DNA of 64,000 bases from the NCBI RefSeq assembly GCF_041956535.1, contig NW_027192197.1, positions 1,178,341-1,242,340 on the forward strand, written 5' to 3'. Positions within the stretch are counted from its first letter, which is position 1. The number at the start of each line of letters is the position of its first letter. Source of the DNA: Calcarisporiella thermophila CBS 279.70. Its lineage: Eukaryota > Fungi > Calcarisporiellomycota. The position numbers and the translations under genes were made by a program. A model generated the notes under the pieces. That model searched no databases and was not told where the DNA came from. It was given only the letters and a program-made list of their open reading frames with translations. Below are positions 27,378-39,099 of the stretch, one piece after another.

Positions 27378-28262
27378 ATGGAAAATATACCATTGATCGA
27401 GAGTCGGGGCCAGAAGCGCGCATATGGACAACAGGACCCGCCAGTCAAACCTCCTCTCCGAGCAAAGTCGCCTCCTGAACATGGTTTAGCCGACAAAGTA
27501 AGAGATCGGCCGGGTTGAATTGGATGCTGAAGACTACATCGATCTGATTTATTGCCTCTTTCCTGTTTAGCACGTTCCCCTTGCAACCATCACAAATCGG
27601 CAGATATTACAGCCCGCGGGCAAGGTAATCCGTTTGGTCCACTCGTGTTAATTTAGTAAATTTTAAGCATATATGCTGATTAGCCAACGCCCAAACGCGC
27701 TCGCTCCGGCACACCTCGTGCTACTCGTCGATCTGATCAATCCCTCCTCCTCTCTCCTTCTTCAAAACATACTCGCGATGACGTCTGTGATACATGCCAA
27801 AAACATTCCATACGTATACGCGAACTCACAGAGCAATTACGCGAGCAGCACAGGATGATTGAATCTTTACAATCACGATTGAGAAAGTACGAGAATCTTG
27901 GCGATCAGCAGGATGGAGAAAGCAGAACAATGGCCAGGGAGAAAAGTGAGGATGCGAGGGAAAATGGGCAGCGGATTCAAGAACTGGAAACCCTGGTGCA
28001 GGAGAAAGATGAGGCACTTATGCGGCAGGAGGAGAAAATTATGCTTCTTTATGAAACACGAGTTCCGATAGAGGAGTTGGAGGAAGCACGGCGGGAGAAG
28101 GAGGTCGTGGAGCAGGAGCTTAGGGAGACAGAAGAGCTACTGCAAGAGTGCAAACAGCTGTTGATTGAGTTGGAGGAAGGGCAGGCGCAGAGTGAGGCCG
28201 AGGATGAGAGGGAGGCTGCACGGGACGCAGTTGGCCATAGTGAATCTGAAGTAGCATTATAG
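27378..28262 (+). CDS. Hypothetical coiled-coil protein (exons 27378-27497, 27571-27624, 27684-28262)
   Basis: Two phase-0 GT-AG introns join a basic S/T-P-rich N-terminus to an E/Q-rich heptad region (ORF 27855..28262). No family recognised. Confidence 0.65.
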
Positions 28263-28468
28263 GGTTACAGTCCCTTTTTTCCACACATATTTGCAATTTT
28301 CGCCCTGATTCTTGAGCAAAATAAAGTGAAATCCGTTCTTCTGCTAGCATACATCTCAGCCTTGTTCAAATTCCACCTCGTCTCTGAATACTAATGGATA
28401 AGGAGAGAGTTTGGGACAATTTTTTTTTGAGTAAAGAAAAGATTAAAAAATGAATACTGAGAGAGCAT

Positions 28469-28510
28469 GTACACACATACACACACACACAAACATACAA
28501 ACACACGCAC
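28469..28510. repeat. Imperfect (AC)n microsatellite
   Basis: acacacatacacacacacacaaacatacaaacacacgcac. Confidence 0.7.
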
Positions 28511-28582
28511 TTATATGAAGTATGCACGTAATAAACATATCTAGACAAAGATAATGCCAAGATATTGCCAGGTGGGAAGAAT

Positions 28583-30824
28583 TTACTCCTCCTTGGCATG
28601 CACCGCCTCTCTGGCTAGCTGCTGCTGTTTCGTTCCGACATCTTTGGGCAGAACCTCGCGCCGTGGCTCTTGCCTTTCCGTGGTGGGGGTGTACTGATTA
28701 TTCCGCGCAACTTTATCGAAGCTCTCGGGGAATGCTTTGTCGCCCCCGAGTTCGCTGCGCAATTGGTCGTAAATGGTGTGGTCAAACATCTGGCGATACT
28801 CTTCACGAGTCTGGTAGGTGTAGGAGTAGGAGCCTTGGTAGCCTCCCACGCGTCGGAGGAACTCTTCGAGCTGTGGGATAACCTCGACGGAATAGTTGGG
28901 TGCATGGGGGGGACCAATGATAGCAAAATCAACTAGAAAGACAGTGGCGCTAGGTTAAAGGGATTACGTGACATGAATAATAAATGTGTCTGATACATAC
29001 GATAATGTCCCCATTCTCCGGGCTTCGTTCCTTTAGGTTTGCGCATTTTCCCTTGCACATCACCATAGTTAAATAGTTTGAAACCACAGATCCACACGGG
29101 ATACACGGCCACCTTGCGCTCGCACTCGGTGATGGTTTCTTTATTAAAGTAACAACAAAAAAGAGTGAGTCAAACGGAGCGCTGAATATGCCAGGAGAAG
29201 GCATATCTGTGAAGAGGCACATAATGCATTTCTTTTACCTTCCAAGGCTTCCACAGGAACCAGTAGATCCTGGATGACATAGTTGGTCTCATAGAATTTG
29301 GTCATCTCATCCGACTCGATCAATTTCAAGAATGGAACCTAATAAAGAGTGGGATTAGCCTTATGCCCCTTCACCCTCAATGATTAATAAAAATATGGAC
29401 CCTTGGTGGCAGGGCCCATCCAAACAATAAGCGGAAGAGAGGATTGTTGCTGATGGGAATTTGGTCCTGAAGCACCCAAAACACACTACGATTGTGTCGG
29501 CGATAGTACTATCGAACAAACAGAATCAGGTTGGACTCTTAGGAGAAAGAGGGGGGGAGCAAGCCAAACACCACTTCAACTTACGGCCTTCAGTGGGATA
29601 AGTTCCATTCCACGGCGATGACGCCGCAAATACCGTTCACATTGCTTGAAGAAATAAGGTGTCCACCAGCGTGTGACATCGTTGATGACATCTCCGGGCT
29701 TCACCTCATTTTCATAATGTCCAACACAAATTACCGCCTCATTTTCGGAGAATTGGATCCCCTCGAGGAAATCGGGTGGAGAGCTGGCTGTCTGATACTT
29801 GGTCCAGGTCTGGACAATGTCCTGCTTGGAGTAGATGGGGATATACTCATGACGAACAAAGCGTGACGCCTTAATAACGGGGAGCTCGATGGCGGTCAAA
29901 AAACCTAAAGTTCCGAAAGACCACTAGAATAGAGGAGGGTGAGGCGGGACACGTCAATGAGAAGAAGACTTAATAACTTCTCCTTACATTTATCTGATGG
30001 AACAGTTTATCGCCTCGAGTGACCCGCCGAACACTTGCATCCGGCAAAACAATCTCGTAAGCAATGGCGATATCCGACAACAGTCCGTGCACATGGCTAG
30101 TAGTCTCTATACCGTAACCACTCACAAGTCCACCTAAGTCAAATTGGAATGGAAGTGCAATGAAATTCAGTTTGAATTCATATACCGAGGCCATGCACTT
30201 CCAACGGAATCATTACCAATGGTCAGCTCGTCCATTTCAGGAACCACAGGGAGGGTCACTCCGCGTGGAAGCAAATAATCTAATAGCATTTTAACAGTGA
30301 CCATGGGCTCTACCTTGACCGTGTTGTTGGCCAAATCTAGTTCCAGAATGTCGGTCAGATTCAAGTTGACCGTCCACATTTGGTTTTTATAGCTCGCGTG
30401 TCGAGGAGAGGCGGTCAACCATCCCGGTCGCGCTGTGCACATGGGCGTGGGTTTGCCAGCATTAATCCACTCCTGAACACGATTCTGGATGCGGCTGACG
30501 CGTTTCTGGTGGTCTTTGGGCGAAGACTTGACGTGAATGTTGTACCTAATAATGCATTACAAAGGAGAGGTGATTTGTCATGCATGAGAAATGAGCAGGG
30601 AGACGGCAGTCTAATGATACCCACCAATTCAAAGCAGCATTATAGAAGTCAAAGGCCAGCGACAACGGCAACACCACGAACATGACCAGAAGCGACCGCT
30701 GGTGGGTCATTAAATAGGTCATGAATTTCCAGATCAGTCCGGCAATGCCAGTGGCTCGTAGAATGTCGCCTGCTATGTTGAACAGGCTCCGGTTCTTGGT
30801 CGTCTCTTGCTGCGGAGAAGGCAT
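28583..30824 (-). CDS. DHCR24: Delta(24)-sterol reductase, DHCR24/DWF1 type (FAD-linked, multi-exon)
   Basis: [16 protein letters not shown]...[58 protein letters not shown] and [16 protein letters not shown] match the DHCR24/DIMINUTO pattern. Confidence 0.88.
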
Positions 30825-31521
30825 GGCGGTGCTGATAAATAGCTGAGGTTGAAGAGTGAGAAGAAAGAATGCAAAACGAGAGGAATGCTGTGGGAAAGGG
30901 GGATATATAGTGTGGGATTTTTTAATGCTTTATGTTCCGAATACTTCGGTCGCTGTGGCAAACTCAGTCCAGGGCTCATTTTTTTCCCCGATTTGAAAGG
31001 CGTGAATGACGAAACGGAGCTCATACCCTCGAGGCAGAGAAAGTTTAGGTGATTCTCAGATATTCCATAACGGGAAGTTGCCCCCTACTGTCTCCATCAC
31101 TGACTCATAGGCCAAAAAAAAAATCGCACCATCATCGAGAGATAGTAGCTGGGAGGGGAGAGCAAAGAAGCAACATCGGATGTTTCGAGCTTGACCCATT
31201 TCACATGGACGCGATCGAAAGATAGTGTGGCTTAGGAATCCTGGCCCGAATTCATTTTCACATCCCGTAGGAAGATTTTCCATTCCCACTTGAACAAACA
31301 GTGGAAAGAAACTAGAAAGTGTCTTTATTCATAATACCTTTGCGCTAATTTCTTCTCGATTATTTTGGGAACGTAAAAATAAAAATAAAAAGGGGTAGAA
31401 ATAGAAAGGACAAGCATAAATTATGGGAGAGAAACTAAGACCAAGAACATTCAAAACGTAGAACTATTACAAAAAAAAAAAAATAAAACGCGCAGAAACA
31501 AGGAAATAAATAATGCGTGCC

Positions 31522-33177
31522 TTATCGAATCGACATTCTCATCGAGGTAGAACCACTCTCGGCGCTCTCTTTCGGCTTGACAGACTTGGCCTGCGGCTTC
31601 GACTCGAAGATTTTCCAGAACTTGAGATTCTCGTCGCTCGCCCCCGTTGCCACGGTTTGTCCATCGGGGCTGATCGCGGTATGCAATACTCGCGTCTCGT
31701 GCGCAGGGATATCGATCACCTTGTTGAGAGATGGGTAGCTCCAGACGGCCAGGTGATGGTCGGGGAATCCGTGGGAAGTCAGGAGCTCCTTGTACTCTTG
31801 CGACCAGATGATCGACGTCACTTGAGAGCCGGTGTCGACAGAGTTCACACGCGCGGCCGTCGTGGTGTTCCAGAAGTGGATATGGCGATCGTACGAGCCG
31901 CCCCCCGTGGCCAGGAGATTGGTTTGCCACGGACACCATGCAACCGCCTTAACGGCAGCCGTGTGATTTGCCTTAGTGAAACGAGGGACCGAAGAGCGCG
32001 CATCCCAAATATTGACAAGATTGTCGTTGCCTCCACTCGCGAGCTGCTGGCCGTCCGATCTCCACTTGAGACCACATACCTCTGATGTGTGTGCGAGCAG
32101 TTCGGCGACTTTGTGTTGGGCAACGCGAACGTCATGGTGCCAAATGCTACCATCTCGACAGCCTGACGAGAGCAAGCTCTTGTCCCACGAGAGCACTCCT
32201 ACGCGGGCTTGGTGGCCAGTCATGGTGCGAATTTTTGCAGCGGACTCTGCGTCCCATATCTGGACATCTCCCTCGAAGGTACCTATGGACAAGAAGTTGC
32301 CGTCGGGCGACCATGTCAAAGAAGCGATCTGATCTTCCTCGGCGACCGTGCACAGACAGTTTACATCCCCCGAATCCGCGTTCCACAGGTAGACACTGCG
32401 ATCGAGCCCTACCGCCAACACATTCAGGCATGACCAATCGAGCAGATTAAGATAGTAATCATCCACGAGGCCAGGGGCATCGAGAACGCGTTCTGGCGCA
32501 GTTAGGATACGACGTCGAAACTGGGCACCCGTCGCATCTTTCTTCAGCGGGCGATTGTACATGGTCCTCAGGTCCTCTTTGTCGTTAGAGGGAGGCTCGG
32601 CATTAAAGGCGAGGATACGCTTATCGAGAGCAATTCCGCACGCTTTTGCTACCTGCTCCTGGTATGCAATCGTTGCGCTGTCAAGATAATCCGGTTTCGC
32701 TTCCCGGCGACCAATGTTAAGCTGTGAGGAGGGCATATCCATCGCGGTGCGGTTGGGTATATAACGGTCATACTTGAAAGAAGAAAAAAAATACAAGTAT
32801 TCAATAGATTAGATAAGAGTGCACCGAGAAAAATAGACGTCCATCAATAGGAAGGATCCAATATTGGGAGTATGGCTTACGTGAGCTTTTATTTTTTTCC
32901 CTTTCTTGGGGGAATTGCCTAAGCCAAGCCAGTCCTTTCCGACGACATCGAACTGGGGAGGGGGACCACCCAGTTGCGCAGAAGATTTTTTATTGATGCC
33001 CTTGTTTAACGGACTCCTTCTCTTTTTTGCCGATCGGAGCAGCTTGAGAAGAGGAGCTGTTTGCTTGGGGCTGAGGGGGCTGTAGGAGGACTTATTACCC
33101 GAAATGGGCGAGAGAGAAAATGAAACAGGCGTGCTGTTTTGGCAAGGAAGTGTGCGAATGGTGGTTGGCGTTGCCAT
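31522..33177 (-). CDS. CDC20: APC/C activator Cdc20/Slp1/Fizzy (2 exons)
   Basis: C-box DRYIPNR, KRILAF, PERVLDAPGLVDDYYLNLLDW, WD40 repeats and a terminal IR tail (MRMSIR*). Confidence 0.95.
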
Positions 33178-33434
33178 CTTTTAAAAATGGGGAATAGACT
33201 AAACTAATGACTATGACTAAAATGAAAATAAGTGGTGGGCTATATATGAATGGAAGCAATAAACTTAATTATCGCCTAATAAACACAAGTTGGGTTGTAT
33301 AAGAATTCGATTGTACAGACAAGAATAAGTTGAGTGTTTTGGAATGAGTATATAGTATGATTTATTGGGGAATATGGTCTAGGGAGCTAGTGGAAAGAAA
33401 AAAAAATTACAGAGGAAAGAGAAGAGAAAATAAT

Positions 33435-33472
33435 TTTCGCGCCGGTTCTTTTTTACGCGTTTTTTAACGCGG
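33435..33472. promoter_or_regulatory. Cluster of E2F-like and MCB-like cell-cycle elements in the divergent CDC20/CDC37 promoter
   Basis: TTTCGCGC at 33435-33442, ACGCGT at 33455-33460 and AACGCG at 33466-33471, within an otherwise AT-rich spacer. Confidence 0.4.
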
Positions 33473-33662
33473 ATCCATAACAAGAAAATTTTTAGACGGG
33501 TAGATTTTCAAAATTATGGTTGGTAACGTATACCTGTGGCGTCATGCTCTTCATCAATGCTGCAAATATCCCAGGTTCCTATCGCATAAGTATCCCATAC
33601 CTCCGATAGAAAACCAAAGAATGAACACTAAAATTTTCCCATTGCAACAACCTCGAACAAAC

Positions 33663-35337
33663 ATGCCCCTCGATTACAGTAAATGGGATAAGCTCGAACT
33701 AAGCGACGATAGTGATATTGAATGCCACCCCAATGTCGATAAAGCCTCATTTATCCGCTGGAAACAGCAAGCGATCCACCAGGAACGCGAAGAAAAGCGG
33801 CAAAGGCTCGAGGCATTGCGGCAAAAAGTGCAACACACACGAAATATCATCGCTCATCTTGACACGTTAAAGTCCAGCCTTAGCAAAGGAGGATGCGATG
33901 CAGTGCTTTCGGAATTATCAGGATTACAAAATAAAATGGGGAGCGATTCGCAAGCTGATTCTCCCGACGCAAAGCGGGCCAAAGAGGCACTGGAGGAGCT
34001 TGCGAAGCAGCTACGGGAACAGCTCGCAAAGGAGAGCGCTGAAAATACCGGAGAGCGCATTCTTGCCAATATTGCCAAAAAACAAGATGCGATGCGACAG
34101 CAACTCGAGGAGGCGTCCAAAGAAATGGAGAAGCTAGATCGCGAAATCAACTCTAAAATTACGAGCGAAAACATTTTCAAAGAAGGATTCAATAAAACTG
34201 TAACTATAGATAGGGCTTTTAATCCTTTAATTGACATACCTACTTATCGATCTATTACTGTTCAAGGTCGTGAACAAGGCCACCACGCCGAAAGAGCCGC
34301 CAAAACCATTTGAAAAGGCAACAAGTACAGAGAAGAAAATCGAGGTGCTTAATCCCGAATCGGTATCGAAAGTAATGCCCAGATGAAAGCAGCACTAACC
34401 TGAACAAGCCGGCGAACTAATATTTATAACAACTGTATGCTATCTAGTCCACCGAATCCTCCTCTTCCTCCTCCAAACCTGCCAAGTCGACTGCTGAAGA
34501 GGACGATGACGAGATTTTCCTCTCTGATACGGCCAAGAAATTTGCGAGCTTGAATGGGTTTGACGAAAGCTTCCGTTTCATTTCGCAACATCCGTACCTG
34601 GTTAACCAGGAAACTTCAGACGCCATTCTTGCCGAAGGGTTTAACGCCGAGTTAAATGGCAATACCAAGTATGCGAAGAATTGCGTGTTTCAAGCCCTTA
34701 TTCTGCAATACTGCGCTTCCCTCGGCAAGGACGGAATTCGACTTTACTTTGCACGGTAAATTTACCAGTGTGTTACGAGAGCTTTCATGTTTAAACATCT
34801 AGTAATTTTTTATTTCTCAATCCCTCAATTTTGGCGGAAATCAGAATGAACCAGCAAGATGGTAAGGCACACAAACTCTTTATGAATGACGTTTCCGATA
34901 CCTACAAGCGCATTAGTGAGCGTTGCAAGGTTCTCCGCGTTGAACGAGAGAAAGAGGTAGAGTCCATCCAGCTTGCGCCTATGGAGCCAGATGCCCCCCT
35001 GAGTATATCGATACCAGAGGAGCATCCAAATATGACGGAGGAAGAACGTGCGCGCCTTGAGGCATTCCGAGATCTCCCGCTTGATTTCCAAGAGGCATTG
35101 CACAAAGGCACACTAGAGGCTGTCAACGAAGTATTCGGGAAGATGAAGGGCGAGGACGCGGAAAGGCTGCTAGAGATATGTGGAAAATTCGGGTTCCTAT
35201 CGATTTCTGGTGTTATTGAAGAAGGAAGTGAGGAATATCGCGAATGGGAGCAAGCCCGTGATGAGTACATGGCACGTCAACGCCAGCAAGGGCCGACAGA
35301 AGACGATGGGGTGGAAGCTGATGTAGAGGAGCCGTAA
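33663..35337 (+). CDS. CDC37: Hsp90 kinase co-chaperone Cdc37 (multi-exon)
   Basis: N-terminus MPLDYSKWDKLELSDDSDIECHPNVDKASFIRWKQ; QALILQYCASLGKDG; LPLDFQEAL...LEAVNEVFGKM. Confidence 0.95.
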
Positions 35338-35546
35338 CTAGCATTTATGGAAAATTGTGAATATTTTTTTTATGTTTCCCTTTAATCGTGTTTGCACATT
35401 TTTATCGATTCAAATCAATGAAGGAAAAGAGTGCCACTGAAGATTCCATAGTAAAACGAGAAAATACAATTCAATTTTATTTTAACCCTTTTTTATTTTC
35501 AGGGCTTATACAATCCTCACAAAAAATAAATTTACGAATGCATTAA

Positions 35547-36793
35547 CTACAAATTAGCAATGTGTACATAGGCCTTGCCGAAGTTTTTACCCTGGAATAA
35601 ATCAATAAGCCCTTGAGGAGCGTTTTCAATGCCTTTGACTTCATGTTCACGATAGCGCATCTTCCCCTCACGCAGCCATTGTGAAACATCTCTAAAGAAA
35701 GCGTCGGCATACTGTGAAGCTAGATCCGAAACAATGAAGCCCTCAAAGCGTAAACGCTTGGCGACAATCTGCAACAAATTCTTAACACCATAGGGGTTTT
35801 GAGTGTTGTATTGGGAGATCATTCCACAGGCAATGATGCGACCAAAATCATTCATGTGATTGATGGTGTTTTCGAGAATCTCACCACCCACGTTCTCGAA
35901 ATCTAGGGTACAAAATAACACAGACGACAAAAGGAATTAGTGTCAACACTCAAGAACGGTAGTTGCTCCTCTGCGACTGCCTCGCCGTAACCAGTCATCG
36001 CTGAGCAGTTAAGAGTAATGTACTTACAGATATCAATACCATTAGGGCAATATTTCGACAATGCCTCATCATGGTTCACCTTCTTATAGTTGAAAGCGGC
36101 ATCGAACCCGAGATCTTTGGTGAGATACTCCACTTTAGCATCCTCGCCAGCAGAGCCGACCACACGAAGCCCCTTTGACTTGGCAATTTGCCCGACCAGC
36201 TGACCAACAGCGCCAGCGGCCGCAGTAATATAGATCGTCTCGCCAGCTTTGGGGTTTCCGATATGGAATAACCCAGCGTACGCAGTCATGCCCGGCATTC
36301 CCAAGACCCCAACGTAGTAGCTCAATGGGAATCCTGAGGTTTTTGCATCCTTAATGACACGGAAGCCCAGAGGTTTAATGTAGGCCTCCCTGACCACACT
36401 GTATTCTTCAAAGCTAGTTAAACCGTACACGATTTCCCCTTCAGGGAATGATGAGTTCTTAGATTTAATGACCACCGACACTCCATAGGCCAGAATGGGC
36501 GCCCCGAGTTGGAAGGCGGGCGTGTACGATTTAATCTCAGCGGAACGCATGCGTCCACGCATATACGGGTCCAAGCTGAGACGAAGGGCCTTTTACCGGT
36601 GGATCGTTAGTTGTAGACAATTGAAAAAAGACTAAATCTATTATGCTTCAATAGTCACCTTGATGGCAAAATCACCTTCTCCGAGAGAAATTTGGTCCAG
36701 GTTGAATTCCCGTGTCTCGACTACCAGGTGCTCACCAATGACCGGAAAATCGGTGGGGATCTTTTTGAACACAACGGCGGAATTTTTAACCAT
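35547..36793 (-). CDS. NADP-dependent alkenal/prostaglandin reductase-like oxidoreductase (MDR family), copy 1, 3 exons
   Basis: LSLDPYMRGRM, GVLGMPGMTAYAGL, AAAGAVGQLVGQIAK, FENVGG, GRIIACGMISQYN, GKNFGK. Confidence 0.9.
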
Positions 36794-37478
36794 GTTAGCT
36801 ACTCTTTGTCTTTTCTTTTCTGTTCTTAGAATATTGAATTCAAGAATTTTTTTCGGTGGCCAGGAAAACGAATATATATATTCTCGGCTATTATTAAATG
36901 AGGTAAGGGAATTTGACTTTTTTTTCCGAATTCTAAAGGAATTAGTTAATTCCGAAGGTTAGCACTACCTTACCAAAAGCACATCATTAAAGTAATTAAT
37001 AATGATTTCTAATTGATGCCATCGTATTCCCGCCGAATTGAACTCTTTCCATTAGCTGGAAAATACCACTTCGAAAATAGATTCCATGGGAGATTGAAAA
37101 CCCTCTATCCATGCTGAGAATTGCTGACTAGAAACAGAAAGGAAGCTAAAAGCGAAGGCGTTCGAGACGAGTGCGGCTGCTGACTTTCGAAATGGCTGCT
37201 GCCAAGGTGGAATATGAATTCTCTTGCCCATTCGTGCCAGGCAGCCTAGCTTGGATCCTGTTGACTCCTAATAGCATCCTGTATAATCGATTATTCTAAT
37301 TATTAATTTTGGTCAGCAAAAACAAAAAAAAAGTCGAGTGGTTGGCAATGCTACAGAAGAGAATATTAGTTTATTTAGATCAGTTCCTTAAAACTAAAGA
37401 ACATAGGAATATAAGAATAAGAATTTAAGTCATTGCAGCTGAATATGAAATACGAGAAGTACAATTGAAGGACAAAAT

Positions 37479-38723
37479 CTACAATTCAGCAATATTGGCA
37501 TAAGCTTTGCCGAAACTTTTGCCTTGAAGCAAATCAACAAGAGCCTGCGGAGCATTCTCGACCCCCTTCACCTCTTGCTCCGCATATCGCATTCTCCCTT
37601 CCTTTATCCATTGCGAAACATCTTTTACGAAATCAGAAGCATACTGCGGCCCCAAATCCCTAGCTGTGAATCCGGCGAAAGTCAAGCGCTTCCCGATGAT
37701 CTGGATGAGATTCTTGATGCCATAGGGTTCTTTACTGCTATATTGCGAGATCATTCCACATGCGACGATTCGGCCAAAAGGGTTCATGTGCCCAATCGTA
37801 CTTTCAAGGATCTTTCCCCCAACGTTATCAAAATCTATTATCCCAACAACAAAAGCAAAGAGCATATGAGTTAGCTGCTTCTTGTGCGATGTGCATGAAT
37901 GCAAGGATCCCATTTATGACTAGATCCGACAAACTTACAGATATCGATCCCATTTGGACAATACTCAGACAATGCTTCATCGTGATCCACCTTCTTGTAG
38001 TTGAAGGCGGCGTCAAATCCGAGCTCCTTGACGAGGTACTCGACCTTTGCGTCTTCGCCAGCCGAGCCGACCACCCGGAGTCCCTTTATTTTGGCTATCT
38101 GTCCAACCACTTGCCCGACTGCCCCGAAGGCCGAGGAAATGTAGATCGTCTCACCGGCTTTCGGCTTTCCGACATGGTGCAAACCGATGTATCCAGTCAT
38201 ACCAGGCATTCCCAAAATCCCGATATAATAGCTCAATGGAATGTTGGAGGATTTTGCTCCCGGTATGACACGAAGTAGAGCAGGCTTAATGTCCTCCTCT
38301 CTGATGACACTGTATTCTTGCCACCCGATAAATCCGTAAGTGATCTCTCCCTCGGGAAAAGATGGGTTTTTCGATTTAATGACGACAGCCACCCCATAGC
38401 CTTGAAGGGGTTCACCAAGCTTGAAGGGAGCCGGACCGGAGCCATGGGAAGCTGGGAGCATTCGCATGGATAGAAAAGGGTCTAAGCTCAGTCGAAGATT
38501 CTACAACCAAGAAAGGTATACGATTAGCCATTAATATCCGTTACATTTGCCATAAGAACTTGAATAAACTATCTCGATTGAAGCACCCCACCTTGATAAT
38601 GAAATCGCCTTCCTTGAGCTCAAGGTTATCAATATCAATTTCCCAGTTTTCTATGGCAAAGTTCTCACTGCCAATGTTTCCGGATGAGTATTGCTTGAGG
38701 GTGACGGTGGTGTTCTTAACCAT
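37479..38723 (-). CDS. NADP-dependent alkenal reductase-like oxidoreductase, tandem paralog (copy 2)
   Basis: Same motifs (LSLDPF, GILGMPGMTGYIGL, AFGAVGQVVGQIAK, FDNVGG) and introns at equivalent positions to copy 1. Confidence 0.9.
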
Positions 38724-39099
38724 TTTGTTCACTTTATTACAGTTAGAATGTTCTAGTATGCTAGTCAAGTTTGAAGGCTGTGAGCCGCTTTATATGTGAA
38801 TTCATCGGTGCCAAAATATTTATCTCATTTTTAAGTTGGATCACGTCAACTACCAATTCGAACGAATTGCTCTTATAATTATTCAGCAATGCTTACAATT
38901 CAAAGGGCAAATGAAATGGAACCGGGGAATACAAGGCGACAAGGTTGGAAAAATCGGGAAATTCGCAGCGGTCGCAAACACTTTATTTAGCGGTAGTGAT
39001 GAAATGAAATTATTTCTATATATATACTAGTCATTGGGGTGTAAAACAAGTTGAAGAAACGAACTCCACCATGGATGGTTTGCCACGAAGCGAACTCTC

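Noticed and set aside
4018-30824. Lipid/sterol gene cluster (CHO2, ERG9, DHCR24)
   Set aside because: The genes are separated by unrelated housekeeping genes, and there is no sequence evidence of co-regulation.
33516-33662. N-terminal extension of CDC37
   Set aside because: The conserved Cdc37 start MPLDYSKW begins at 33663; the upstream in-frame sequence looks non-coding.
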